From: Balanoglossus misakiensis
Lineage: Eukaryota; Animalia; Hemichordata
DNA length: 64,000 nt
Direction: 5' to 3'
Assembly (NCBI GenBank): GCA_040954595.2
Contig: CM082578.2
Coordinates: 13,794,304-13,858,303 of the forward strand
Positions 37,709 through 52,300 of this stretch are shown here, one piece after another. The notes below the pieces were generated by a model. It did not search any database, was not told the DNA's origin, and worked only from the letters and a program-made list of their open reading frames with translations. A program made the translations under genes and the position numbers. Within the stretch, counting starts at the first letter, position 1. Each line of letters starts with the position of its first letter.

Positions 37709-37916
37709 GTAATGTTTAACCGTTTATATGAGACCACGTTTTTCGTTTTCACCGCATCGCTATCCGACTGCACTCGTGAATGCTCGATTCTCAATATCAA
37801 GCAAGCAGCGGTGGATTTACCCTTTGGCATTGCTTCTATAGGCTTGCTGAATATGACCACTTACACAACAGTTGGTTTTCATGCACATTTTTCTTGATCC
37901 TCCAGACTCGACGGCC

Positions 37917-38475
37917 ATGAAGCGCGTGGCGCTTGTTATTCTGTTCACATCACTGTGTCTGTTGATGGAAAGTGATGGGATTCGTATTTTATCGGAAGGT
38001 AAGTTTTTTTTTCGGTCTTCAATGAAAATCTCAATGCTATTAAGCAGAAAACTTGATACCACAGAAAGTCCCTGGAAATTTGGAAGGCAACTTACCTGAT
38101 AATGTTTCTTGTCCCCCCTCCCCCCATTACTTGGTATCAATGTCTCTGTATTAAATTTTATTCCGTTGAAATTTGTTTATGTATCATTCGAAATATTTCA
38201 TTTCGAATAACAAAGTATTCTTATTCGCCATTAATTCCGTACCCGGAGTAAATCAGTATAGCGTATTCTTCTGTTTCCTTCATAATTTACAGCATATTCC
38301 GCTATGTTTTGTTTTTCTGTTCTTCACGTTTTTAGGAGAGACTGAAATGCTGAACGGAGTAGTGGAGCAACGCAACGTTGCCTATGGTCGCCCTGAAGAC
38401 GCCATATCCGTAGAGGCGATGAAAGGCTACAGAAAGGAAAACCAGGGAGACGGAATGCCGTTCAGTACAATCTAG
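37917..38475 (+). CDS. Small secreted protein or peptide precursor of unknown family (73 aa, 2 coding exons)
   Basis: Exons 37917-37998 (GCCATG start; G|GTAAGT phase-1 donor) and 38336-38475 (long pyrimidine tract, TTTTTAG acceptor, in frame). Protein MKRVALVILFTSLCLLMESDG-IRILSEGETEMLNGVVEQRNVAYGRPEDAISVEAMKGYRKENQGDGMPFSTI, with a classical signal peptide. Confidence 0.65.
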
Positions 38476-41400
38476 TGAAAGTTACGCGGAATATGATTAT
38501 GTGAACAAACTAAATTTATTATTATTCATTTAATCATCATTTCCTGATGTGTTGTTATTATTATCATCAGTAGTTGTTTTCCATTCCAATCTATTTGTCG
38601 CTTCCTGCCTTTTGAATCACATATATGTGATGGTTTCCAAACTATGCACCCTTCGTGACATTTATATTAAAACGGAGAAACCAGTAATTGTTGACTTTGT
38701 AGTATGTGCATCAGTGTGATAATCGTAGTAATAGAGACCCAATTAGCGCGACCAATGCAGAGAAATGAAAAATGTCGTCGTCGTCGTCTTCCTCCTCCTC
38801 CCCCGATTTGATGGATATCGCGTTTAGGTTGATAATGTCAGCTGTATCATCAATTTAAAAACGATAATTTTATGCAATTGAGTGGTTTACTAGGGTTACC
38901 ATTATACCGTAGAAATCACGCGATACCATTAAAAACGTTTAAGCTCGAAATAGAATTTGCAAAACCGGTTTCGTTAAAAGCAGAAACGATTAAGTGCTCG
39001 TCTTTCAGTTTAAATCTGGTTGATCACGTCGATTTCCATTTGCTGATTTCAATTGGATTTGTTGGAAACCCGATAAGTATTCCTGCGAACCAGGAATTGT
39101 TAACAATCTGAGAAGCTTGCCGACAATCTGAGACCACGTGTTACTTGGAGCTCTTAATTCCTGTAATTCTATTGACAGCTACCCAAGTTATATAACACCG
39201 CGTCGTGATTTCTTTAAAATGATACAATGTATTTCATCACCGTGCAATCATCGAACTCCATAGGATGTGCGCTTATTTGAATGGAAAAATTGGGGGTTTT
39301 CACCGCCTGTGGCAAATAATTTCTGATTATCAGCTTCCGCACAGTTATTTCATTTCCTAACTATTTCGAGAACCAGTTCACAGCCACCAGTAAGTGGAAA
39401 TGACTTAATTTTTGATGCGGAATACTCGTCAGACTTACATAAGTGACTCCCAGAGAGATGGGGACCCTATAAAGCTTCTTCACGTGCAGTGTAGGTTGCG
39501 AGTCGGTTCGCTTCGTTGCAGGCGGTCGGCATTTGCTAGCCTCAGTCATTAAATTTTATGTATTAGATAAAATTCTAACTTCGTATAAAATGATAAAGCA
39601 ATCTTGCATGACCAATGAACTTTTTACAACGTCATCCACACTTTATCATGTCGTAATTTATAATAATTGGGGTTTCTCGAATTTCCCAGTTTCCACAAGA
39701 ATAAATCGCAATGACTCACGTCACTTCCAGTAAAACATAATTAAATTGGGTATTCTCTGTCTTTTTAGTATGCCCAGTTTAAGAAGACGGCGGAAAAACG
39801 AAGTGACAATTATCAAATTTACCTGCCCATGCATGCTTTTACAGGAAAAGTTTATACCATATGACTGGTAGAATTCGAAGCATATTAGAGAAGATTGGAC
39901 ACCATTTTGTCCACAAATAGAGTGTACTTTGTACACTGTCACACATTTTACTACTCTTACCGTAGTTTTTTTAAGTATGTTAATCACATTTATCGATATT
40001 TGTCTAAGCATAAAAAATCTCCAAGAATTTAAGTCACAAAAAGGCGGAACAATGAATGAAATCGCGTTATTCCATTGCGTGGTCGACCAGCAAATAATTT
40101 ATTTTTCATCTTTAGAGGGGTATAAATTTCAGCATTACAGTGGGCCCTCCGTTGTCGTTTACGGCCAAAAAGATAAAATCTGATTAGGTGGGAATTGACC
40201 ATTTTCAATTACGCCTTTGGGAAATTAGATTCGATAAAAGTGTCTGGAATCGGATATAACACGTTTTTGTTACCACTCCATTTGAGGACAAACAACCCCG
40301 TCTTTCGGGAAATAAATTGCGCGCGTATAGTGATGGTTCAAACATCCACAGCGGGTCCGTAACTGGCGAACAATTAACAGCATGGACTGTCTTACAGATG
40401 ATTACTTAAAACATAATTTACAGCAGGTCGCCGTTTGGATACCGAGTGCTATAACAGTGCTCATTAGATTTTAGTCAATGTTATCTGCTTCGGGAAAAGA
40501 CAGAAAACTGGGTGAAAGAAGGGACACAAATACTTATACAGTGCGCATGAAATATGGAAGGAGGCGAAGGCAGACTATTTGAATGCATCGAACGCGAAAT
40601 TTGCAGAACATATGTATTGGACGTAATGTTTGTACACACGAAATTGCGCACAAGGCGAACGTCGACCGTTAAGGTGTGCACCAGCAAAACAAAAGATTTA
40701 CTAAGGTTGAGTGCATGCCCGTAACTATGTTTGCGTTCATGCGTGTGAGTGTTAGAGACGATGAGAGTTTTGTATCAGATAGTGAGAGGGAGAGTGAGTG
40801 CGAGAAAGAGAACAAAGTGATGGAGTGGATGCCCATTTGATTTATATGCTGTCAAAACAACGACAGATAATGTCACCAAGTTGGGCTTTATTACCGGGCA
40901 GCGGCGTAAACATAGGTTAATTCATGGGAGTCACGTAGAGGCAAACAGAACACATGCCTATATGACAAGAAAAGTAGATAGTTGATTGAACTCGCATTTC
41001 GAATGCATCACTGGCAATTTCGGAAACAAGTGTTTAGAGGAGACGTGAAATAACAAATAACCTATGAAGCTGGTGAAATTCACTGTAAAAATCGTACTTA
41101 TCATTTTCCTGTATAGACATGATTTATGATGGCGATAAATCGGTGTTAGGCGATATGCAAGTCCTTTGAATTAACATCAATAGAGTCGTCACCCTGTGGA
41201 TAACATGAATACATAGCACCCCATATTAGAATAATCCGATGAAGGTTCACACATAGAACACCTTGTAGCTGATGGATGCAATGCCCTAATTTATATAAGA
41301 AACAGCTGTGGCCTCGTGTGAACTAACCTATCTATAAACAGACGAAAGGAGACAAGTCGTATCTTGACTAAACTGATATGATAGGAACATAATTTCACGA

Positions 41401-42868
41401 CTGGGGAAACCACTGCTACACAGGAACTTTGTTTCCTTTGTGAATGTGATATTTTGAACAAGAGAATGTAAATTGCGCAATTTCGATATCTAATGTCTCA
41501 GTAACTGATCTACACTGACTCGGTTTGCAATAAAATACTGGATGCAGGTGGTCACAGTATGAAATCGCAAATAGAAATTGAATTAGGCCTAAATTCGGTA
41601 CACAGGACCAGAAGCATTGGCTTGTAAGTCTCATTATGACTGTAATCCATGCATTTAACAGTGCCAGTTCATGAATGATATGATGATGGATTTTACCGTG
41701 CTATTAAATTGGACGGCAGTTGGGTATTATTACAAACGGATATCTACAAGTCGACAGAAAACAATTAGCCCCGAGATTCCCTGCCTACACGCTGATTACG
41801 ATTCGCTGTCTGAGATTCGTTCCAAGCCGATTCATCTCTTTGCATTATTTTTTACATGCATGAAGCAAGGACGCTGTTGAATTAGGCTCGGAGGAGAGAA
41901 AGTGACCTAGGGTAAGGAAAAAAACAAGGTCTTCTTCAATCAGGGAACACCGGTTATTAAAAGGTAAGACACACCTTGATTAGCGGCTTTCCCTTGACAT
42001 CGTTGATTCTGCGAATGGAGGCCAGGCATACAAAATTCTCTGTATCTATTGGTCGCCTGGTCGTGTATGGCCTCGTATTTCGTCTACTAAACATGTATGT
42101 AAACAAAGAACAGTTCAGAGGTTATTTTGGTATTAGTGTATGGCAATAAATGGTGTCATTACCCGATACGCTATACGTGACCTCTTAAAATGCCTCACAT
42201 GCAGCGGGGAAAGAGGCTTATGAGACTCAATTGTAGCGACTGTCTACTTAGTTAATGGACTGCTCTTGTAGGATATTGCTTTAAGGCTATTCTTGTATAC
42301 CTCGGAATGATTGGAAAGGGATGCCGAATGATTGAGTTTAGTGTCACTACGAGATAGGAGATTTACTTTGAATGTATGCAGATGTAAGTTAGTGCTTTCC
42401 ACTGCGTTGCAGTACACATACATGTACATGTACGTCCAGATTGTGGCAATGTTGCCAATCTATAGGTCAGTGCGGTTTGTGACGCAGAGAAAGCATTATG
42501 CATGATGGGGACGACGGTGCTGATATGCGCAGAATGAGTCGCTGTTTTTCAAATGACCCAAGGATTATTTTGCACTAAATCGCAAGCAGCTTATGGAAAC
42601 ATATTGCAGCGGTACATTGTATGCGGTCCTTATCCGAATCATGTGTTCGAAATCAATTCATATAAAATAGGACTTTCATCCGTGATTGGCAAAACATCTA
42701 CATTTTTAACGTCTAGAAACAAAGAATATTTTTTGTTCATTTTGATCAAGTAAATGCCTGAGTAGTCTTCCGCTTGTTCCAGCCTGCTTTTTCTTTTTTT
42801 ACTCAAAGAAAGTCCGTATAACAATACTTTTCTTAGACACGGCCCTTATTCCATCATTTGATTCGCAG

Positions 42869-43032
42869 CTGCAAGTATCAAGCCCCGGCCGAACTTCAGT
42901 GTGGTGTCGACGCCTGTTCTGTTCTGGGCATTTGTGATCTCGTCCGCCGCCGTCGTTTGTCTCCAGTTCAACTTTATCACACGCTGTCCAGCTCTTGTCT
43001 ATACCTGGTACACTTGGAACCCCATGGAGTGA
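42869..43032 (+). CDS. Possible terminal coding exon encoding a hydrophobic (TM/GPI-signal-like) C-terminus; parent gene unresolved
   Basis: TTCGCAG acceptor ending at 42868. The phase-1 frame reads ASIKPRPNFSVVSTPVLFWAFVISSAAVVCLQFNFITRCPALVYTWYTWNPME*. Locally GC-rich; AATAAA signals follow at ~44192 and ~44286. Confidence 0.3.
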
Positions 43033-46000
43033 AGCGAAGCAGCATCGCGATTTACACAGCAGTGGAAAGAGAGCTCAAGGACATTCAGGTGGGTCCAACT
43101 TTCAGCGATGTGCAGGAGAAACCCCTTTCGGTAAACTGTAAAGTGGCTTCCTTCGGTGGAAACACAGAACATCTTAGTGGCGCAATAACAGTCAATTGAT
43201 GGATGCAAGATGTATTAATGGTAACATACAGTATGTGGGGATACCGTGTTTACATGGGATTCCATAAAACCTGAAATTGAACAGAACGAGCACATAGCTA
43301 CAGGATGTTTTGGGATAGATAGATTAAGGTCTGGTTTGGAATGTGTATGTATATCAGGCAGTACGTTCCAAATACTTGTAGACTTTGTCAATGTTTTTTT
43401 TTTTTTAAATTAAGCTTATTGGTGAGTTCATTGTCCAGATCGCGTGGGTCCCTTGGACTTTTAACCACGCCTGATACTGCGGCAATTGCAAGCCATTAGC
43501 ACTAAATCCCCACTTGAAAAATGGCCGTGCTCGGTTGGTGTGAAGCACGGCATATAGCTGTCGTTTCGATGAACTCTAGATCTAATCTATCTAACGCAGG
43601 CGATGACCCTGAAGAAACTAGGACGTGAAATGTTTGTATCGCCCTGGCACATTGCAGATGGAGCGATTACCCTCGGTTACAATCACGGTATCGGGTGGAC
43701 AGAAATCCAAGCAACGCATGTACCACTGTAGTAAAACTCATATGATAAAATGCAGGCCGTCGTTTTAGTGACACAAACTGGAAGATACAGCGACCAATAC
43801 TGACATGAACCCCCGCATAGAAGATAAATCAATGTCTCTGTTGAACGATTGAATAAAAGAAATATGGTATATGTGACTCCCTTTCCCCGACGCTTCATCA
43901 AATGACGATAAATTAGGGTGGAAGTGGGGCTGGTACATGCAGACACGCGTTTCTGTGTAATCTGACCACTGCACTACGACTTGCAGCGCCAGTCGTGTGT
44001 CCTATAAATAACACTTTCGGAAGATGTTCAGGCTTGTGAACAGATTAACGCATAATCTTTCAAGCAATACTTGGTGCAAAGCACAACTGAGAAAAGGGTG
44101 ACCTATGCTGAGCTTGTATCCACGTCATACTCTTATTTGGTATGTGAACGACTTCCTTTTCGGAAGGTGTCCCTCGAAAATAAGTGAAGCAAATAAAATA
44201 TTGTTCATGAATGAGTTTGCAAGAGTAAATGCACGACAAGAAATATAGGTCACATGAGTATATTTTAATATAATTAAATTAAATTAATAAAATGAAATCA
44301 TATAAATACATAAGCAGTCACGAAGGTTTTTTCACAACCTATTCGTCTCGATCCATTAACTATACAATATGCAAGTAAGCTCCTATAGATGATTGAATAA
44401 TTTCCAATTTTATGGGTCCATTAGCAACAGAAACATTGCCGTCACAGTTTTGACGTGTGGACAATAAGAAAGCAATTCCAAACAGACATTCGAAGCAATT
44501 ATGTTCAAACAAAACCATATGTATTGATAGAATTTTCCACGACAGACTGATGCTATACTCCCAGTAGACCATTTTTACGAAAATTATCATGGAAACGAAG
44601 GCCGTCTTTTGAGTTACTGAAGCAGGTTCAGCGAACGTAATATTAATAAACCAGGCATGGCAAGTATCAATAAGCACTCGCAGTTCAGTGACGACCACTC
44701 ACCGACGCCGATAATCGCTCGCAATAAAATTTGACTGATTGACTGTGCACATTTATGGCACTGCGTTGCGTGGCGAAAGTGTTTGACATATTGATAATAA
44801 CGGTAGAATGGCATATGCATAATGCAAGTGTTCTGTGTTTTTGCGATGCCGTTTAGTCCGAAGGGTATATTACTTTTTCTGACTTCTTCCCGTTCCCGCG
44901 TTGAATCCAGTGGTTGTGAACAAAACCATAAAAAACTCAGATTGTGCCCTACCGTCTATTCTACGTTCGACAGACATATTTGACAGACCAAACAGTGTCT
45001 TAGTTTACATTTACAATTTCACAAACTAATGCGAAGAAAGCGTGTGCGTGTGAATTTAACATCACAGTTTGGTAATTTCGCATGCTTTGTTTCGTCTATT
45101 TTAAACCCATGTTCAAAACATAGGTCTTATGTCTATGGGTATGTTTCATAATTGATATCTCACGAGAGGCTGATCATAATTCAGCTAAATTTGATAGACA
45201 CTGAGTTACCACTTTGAAATACGACCAGTGGCTGCATGGGTATCGTCTATGAACGATAAACATCTCTAGTCCCCCAGCCCTATAGGAGTGGTGAAGTCGC
45301 AGACTAATCTTCCAGTTACGTGCATTCACCCAGGAGTCACCGAAGTTAGAAATTATCTTTTCAAAAACAGACTTCGCGACATTTGATGTTCTCAGCTGTG
45401 TGTTTCTGGTAAACCGATCCATGTTTTCGTTTGATAAATTTCCAAATACAGCTGTCAGGTGGAAGGGTTATTACTTATCTCGGTGGAACATGGGGCGACG
45501 TTCATTCAACACACCACACTTTTTTCATCTCTGTCTGACTCAGTAGAAAGTAAATTCAATTTTCTTTAGAGTAACTTCTCGTACCAGAATGCCAGTCTAT
45601 TTATAGCGCCATGTACACGTGAGATAGAAAACACAAGGTCTCGGAACGTGTACACGGGGTGTACTGGGGAATATGAGAAAGTGTCATCAATAATAACACG
45701 TGATATACCCCCTTTCATGTGAAGTAGTACTGGTATAGTAGGCCTACATGTGCGTGTATTCACGCTCGCGCGCTCTCTCGCGTAAATCGGTCATCTATAA
45801 TGCATTGACTTCTGTAATACCGTGCCAAACACGAGACTTGAAGTGGCAGGTAAGTTTTTACTGAATCATATTGATCATGCATCGTCCCCATGTTTGATCG
45901 AAAAAAATTTCATCAAGAATTCAAGATAATCACCATGGTGATAAAACTGAAGGCAACCAATAGCAAGACCGCATTGCAGAATAATTAGCGCACTGACCTT

Positions 46001-49000
46001 GTATCAAGTTACGAAGAAACCAGTTGAATCATGACATACATAGGCAAACTAGGGATCTAATTGCAATTAGTTGCTTGATATGCACAAGTAGATCATGGCA
46101 TGGAGCATACGAAAAAACTAGGAAATTAGCCCATCAAAGACCCCGAACCCAAAGCTATTAGATATCCGTTATGAACGAGATGTGCACGTAATTACTAATC
46201 GGCGTGTTCTCAACTGGCCATGTAAAAAGCCACCTCGAAGCGCTGTACGCAGTGACATCTACCTACCTCATCCGGAGTATTGCCGTGTTGATCTTCGGTA
46301 CACTATGAGTTAAAGTTTTGTAGCACTCTGTGATCAACAGTTGAAATAACAGCATGAGCTTTCGGGAACATGTAGTCCCCTTCATCAGATGCACTCGTGG
46401 AATGAACAGAGAAACAGAGAATCATGGGGTATTCAAAGTAGAAAATGTGTGCAGGACCAGGTGCATCAGAAAACAAAAGAAGGGTTGGGTGTGAAAATTG
46501 AACAATGGAAATGTTAATGGGAATGCAAATGTGTAAATGGGGTAGTGGACTGCAGAAAACTGACAGTTATTTGTAGTGTTACGCCGCGCCATAAGCATGT
46601 GCATCACACACACGTGATCGGTCTCAGCGTAAACGTTCTGTTACTGGTATGGGAGGGGGTAGCCATCTTTTGGCTTAGGCGTTGTTTCAAGAACGTGAAT
46701 CCATTTTTGAGTCAGATCTGGTCAGGTCCTTCTGCCATTTAAAGAACAAATCATTTATAATAAATGTCATAGTTCCATATAATACTGCACGCGAAATTGT
46801 AAACCTTATGTATATGTCATAAATAAATAGCAAATTGGGCTTATAACCAGTTGAGAGTAATTTAAAATCGTAAAATTGTGTCCTACCTTAATATGATATT
46901 TTAAGTGTACATTGTAAATTAGTCGTGTGCGAAACTTGTACATAAAACACAAAAACTAGACACAGTATGAGTAGAAAAGTTATTTTATTTCAGATTTAAA
47001 GGTTATCGAAAAATATCATTTTGTACATTTCTGTTTATTTAAGAGCGGCAGTATAAGTTACCTTTCATCCATCACGTTGAGTTGAAATAGAACATGTTAC
47101 GGCACAGTTACATCACAAATGTGCAGTGAAACTCCTTCCCCCGCAAGGCTCGGGGTTTTACAGCAACCTGGACGCTTCACTTACGTCGGACTCATAAGCC
47201 TCCTGTGGAGACAATTACCCTTTGCAAAGCCTCATCAATTCTCGAGGGTCATTTTTTTCAATGATAACAAAACACGAGTTGCTTTAAAATATAAAACATA
47301 TGCAATTTCCGGTATTGAGAAACGCCAAAGGTATAAGCTCAGTGTACATTGTTTGTAAGGATTCCCGCCTTGTTCGTAAAGAGAAATATGGTGTCCCTGG
47401 CAACAAAACTAGGAGCTTACCGGAAGTGCCGTGTCTTTAATGTATTTCCCTCGTTCAGGAAACATGTAAAGGGCGCTTTACAGAATGAGAAACCTGCCAG
47501 CATTGGTTTAATTTCCCCTTTGAAAGATTGACAACATTTCATTCCTCCAAGATGAAAGTTTTCTAAACGGAAATGGGGATAACACAGTTTTCCGCTAATG
47601 GCCCGGGCATCTCTATGGAAAGTGACGAACATATATCCGTGGTATTTTATACGTTTATCTTGAAGACGAAGCTACACCATGGAAAAAAAATCAGTCTATT
47701 GCTGGATGGATGTTATGTTACCTTACACATACACTACTCGGTCAGAAGCAGCAATTTTGCCAATCGAATGGCTTCGATTTACCAGATCAAAAAATAGAAC
47801 GGAAATTGTGTTCATTGCCTAACGGTCATTGGTCCCTTCCCCCGAAGATTCGCTGAAACAGAAGCAAAGATTCTGTCTCTCATTTTGTAAAGTAACCATG
47901 AAACATGACGACATGATGACGTCCGTGGGTGGATTTTAAACAAAAAATCGCGTATGCTTTACCTGAAGCAAGTGGAATCGAATCTTACAAGACGTTAACT
48001 TATGACATACGCCGTATCTTTCCGGTGAAGCGAACATGGAGTCACAAATTTCGACCTTCATGCTTGATTTTTGAAATATCGCCCATATTTCGGCATCGGG
48101 GATTTTAACATCGGTACATACGGTATACGATGGGGCAAAGTGGTGTAATTTAGTTCATGTTTGTCTGCTATACGGCTTCAGAAAAATCGCCACTAATCAA
48201 CAAATCTCAAAATCGCGTTACATGTCTCTTAATTAGGAGCGCCCCGAATGAACAACTACATGGGTTGACAAACGGGAGCAAACTTAATACACCCGCGTTT
48301 GCTTATCAACAGATACAAAAATCTGGCTACGGTACAGTTGACAGGATGCCAGTAATAGATGAAGGTCGGCACATTTATCACACAACACGCGTGCTCGACT
48401 TCGTTTTACCATTGTGTGTCTATCTGTAGGATTCACGGAATTAGAAAACGAATTGAAATTTGTGTTAATTAGGTCTGGTATGCCCGATCACTGCTTCTCA
48501 AGGATACTCATGTAAATGTCCAAAATGATAAATGGAATGAAAGTGAAGCGACAATCCTCTTGGACTTTTGCTGCCAATAGCGCTATCGAACTCATTTGGT
48601 TTCATTTGCCGGGGAGATTGTCGCTCAGAATCTCATAAACAGGTATTAATAACTTCAAATCTTGCTTTATTACAATGACCTTGCGCCTCTCGAGTGCCCT
48701 AAATGTGTATTTGCGTGTAAACACTTTAAGTCAAAACGCGACCCAATATGTGCATGGTAAGACGGTTGAAGATTTGTCTGTCTTGGAAATAATATGATAC
48801 TTTGGACATGAATTAGTATCAATATCCTTCTTGCGAATCTTTCAAATTGTAAGACGTCATCTACTGCGCAGTTTAAGATGCGTACTTATCATCTGGTTCC
48901 GCGAAGACAAATCAGTGGAGGTCAAAGGTCAAAGGCATCATATTACATGTACCTGCATGATGTGATGATTGGTGACTTTGCAATTAGTAAATATATATTA

Positions 49001-49393
49001 CACATTATAATATCCAACTTCAAATAATTGCCTAATCTTCATTTGAATGTTCTATTAATATAGCATCTGAGGATGAAAGCACCGTATATCTTGAACATTC
49101 TGTTTTCATGAGCTCTGTTAAGAAGACCGTGATTGCCTGAACTCACAAAAACAATATGCTCGCATAAATCATTAATTTGGAAGACTAGACACCGGTCTAT
49201 CTGATATAAAATGTATTTCAAGAAACAGGAAATTAATCTACGGCTACTTCTACCATAACAATATATGCCTTCATTAGAACGGCATCGGGCATTCAATGCG
49301 CAGATCCTCCTGGAGAGACACTCAGTGTGAGGTAGGTATTGTTTTTTTTACAATCACAGAGTAACAAAATAGATATGATTTTTGCGTTTCAAG

Positions 49394-52300
49394 TTAAAGA
49401 CCGATGAACTCATCTATTTGATGTAAATAACGCTCCTTCAATGGCAGGAAGAATTTTCTTTCTTCTGGAATACTGTCGCACTGAAACACAAACAGATGAA
49501 AGACTCGATTAATCAATCAGTTGACTGCTGATTAAATCGCTGAATAAATACGTTCGATCCGTTTTCTGGTCAACGCTGCATTAGTCAAATAAACATGACA
49601 CTTATTAATTAACTTACACTGAAGTAATAATTAACCGCTACTTACATGATAAGATTTATTACTAAAACCTGAAAGGGGTTTTGAATAAGCGAAGGGTTTC
49701 TTCTTTGAAAACCCATCAGACTGCTCTCTGTATATTCTTTGTATTGGCAATATGTGTCCCTCTGTTGTGAAAATATATTTCTGGGAAGCCTTATTGACGT
49801 AGTTGTCTTCATCGAACAGCTGCCGGACAAAGAAGAAAGCAGTGTTAACTTTTTCTCGATGACACCATTGACATGATTCCACAATATCATTCTCTGCCTT
49901 TTCGGGTTATGTGTCTGACAGATGGATTACAGAAATTATGTGTTAAGGAAATGATCCCCGTTTAGTAAAGTCGGAGTCAGGCGTTACAGTTGTCTCCATT
50001 CTGACGATGAATTCTCATGAAGGCCAGATTTGCCGTTCAGTCACCTTCCACGCCACACTGCACAGGCGAACTCCATCAGGGAATAACTTCAAGGCGAACA
50101 GCAAGTGAAAGAGAAAATTGGGGAGGGTCTGGTCATTATCGAGAAAATTACATACACCAGAACATCAGGTGGTCACCATCAGTAATTTTTTTTGCCCAAT
50201 CAGTTCAATCAGGATGTTATCCGTGAGAGGGGAAAATTGACTTTTTGGTCTATCAATTCACAATTTAATATGGCAGGTGACGAGTGGATATGAATGTTTT
50301 GAATACTGTGAGCTTAATTGATGAATATCCACAAATTGAAATCACATGCATATCCATGTATCAATGGTAGTGTCATGATTGATTTATACTCTGTATAATA
50401 ACTCTATATGCCGACGATTAAGTAGCACATACTTTTCAATACCAGACTGACAGATAGACGTATGGGGATAAACAGATGGATAGGTGGATGGAGTGAGGGA
50501 GGGGGAGAGAGGGTTTTATAAGGGAAAGTGTGGAAAATTAAATCCATGGCGTTAACAACTAAGCGCAGAAATTGAATGAACTTTGGAAAACTACTCATCT
50601 ATCTCATCAAGCGGATATTGCTTGCATTTCAATAAGGTTGCACGCATCGTACAGTTCTGGAAGTAATTTTATGAAGCATGTCCCCAAAACGACAACACGC
50701 ACGGGCTTCCTGTTCCGTCATTCAAATTGTCGATCACGTCACGACTCAATATTACATTCACATTCTGTAAAACGTTTCAAACTGTGAAACATTGAAGCGC
50801 TATAAACGCACTTTGTATAGCGAGCGATAGAGTCGAGAGTGGACAGCGTAGAAACTAACAACACGTTCTCCGTGATCCTATTCGGCCGGCAGTGTGAAAG
50901 CAATCAAAAAGGAAAGCGGGTTTGAATATCACAGTAAATGCAGCGGCGTCAAATTATCTAGTCCACAGCAGGCCTTATACACCTACGCTAATTGAGAATC
51001 ACATTGCATTTCTCCTTCAGAAAAAAGATCACTATAAAACACGTTCTACCACGAACAATCGTCACCAAACACGCATTTCCATGGCAACCTCGCGATTTCC
51101 AGGTTTTCCCGGTATTTGCATGATTTCTGGTTTTCTCACCGCACGATTCCATTTCTTTCCTTATTTTCATCAGGATCAGGCAAGGCTAACTAGCGACCGC
51201 ATGATGTGTGTGTTAACTACAAACTGTCTAGCGCCATGTCATACAGGGAAAGGGGAGGGTGAGGGTGAGGTGAATGACTTGCAAACGACACGACTGTACT
51301 TGAAATTAACGCAGTATACTTTTACACCTGCTGGTGGTTGAAGGGCGATGGTCATTACTTGAAAACGCCCACACTTCATCATTACACGTTTCTGAAGTCT
51401 CCCCATGGCCAAGAGAAAACGTCTCTGACTTGACAAGGTCAAAACACCACCACTGAAATATTTATAAACCCCATCAAGAAACTGTCAACGTACATGCACC
51501 CAGTGGAGCCACTTATGGTAATCCCACAGGTGAACAGTCCGCGGAGAGGACTGTATGCCCCCCCCCCCCCCCCCACTTGGGGATTTCCAAAACTCACCAA
51601 GTAAAGGTATTTACAAGTCTCGCTCAGAAAGAAACTCTCCATCCTATCTTCTTGGGATTTGTCGATGACATTGTGTAGCGTAGCGTAGCCGCATCTGAAA
51701 AGAGACAAAGAGACACTGAATTACTCAGGAAAAGAACTGGGAATCTCAAGGCCTAGTATGTATACAGAGAGAACTGAATCATTTCCGATCTTCCATGGGA
51801 ACGTCCCAACATGAAAAGCTTTGCGTTAATGGCGTTTTCCCATAGAGAGATCATTACGCGTTATCAACTGTTTTCCAATGATCCTCCTGAACTGGACATC
51901 AAAGAAACTCTTTCTTCTCAATCTGTTTTGTAACTAGATATTTTCCTTGGGATTGAGTTTGACTCTTATCGTCATGTTCTCAAGGACATGAATTTATTAA
52001 ACTTAGAACATCCCTTGGGAAGTTAATTACGTAAATGGCTTAAGCCTAACTGATTGATTGAAAAAGATTCTTAACACGATTGGAAATACTTTATGATAAT
52101 ACGATTTTTAAAATAGCTAACATTTCAAGACTCTTCACATTGTATTCTTTTTTACTGAAAAACTAAAAAGCTCAAATTTCACTGCAGTTTCATAGAATTC
52201 AGTTATTTCTGGATATCCTAAAACGAAATAGTCCCAATTGTGTTTTTGTACAATTCATTTCCGTTTCTATGACTACAAGTCACGTTCTCACATTCTGATC

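Noticed and set aside
42858-43208. 113-aa (+) and 69-aa (-) ORFs from the track
   Set aside because: Non-ATG starts and no recognisable domain. A different frame (42869-43032) is the more plausible exon, and is itself low confidence.
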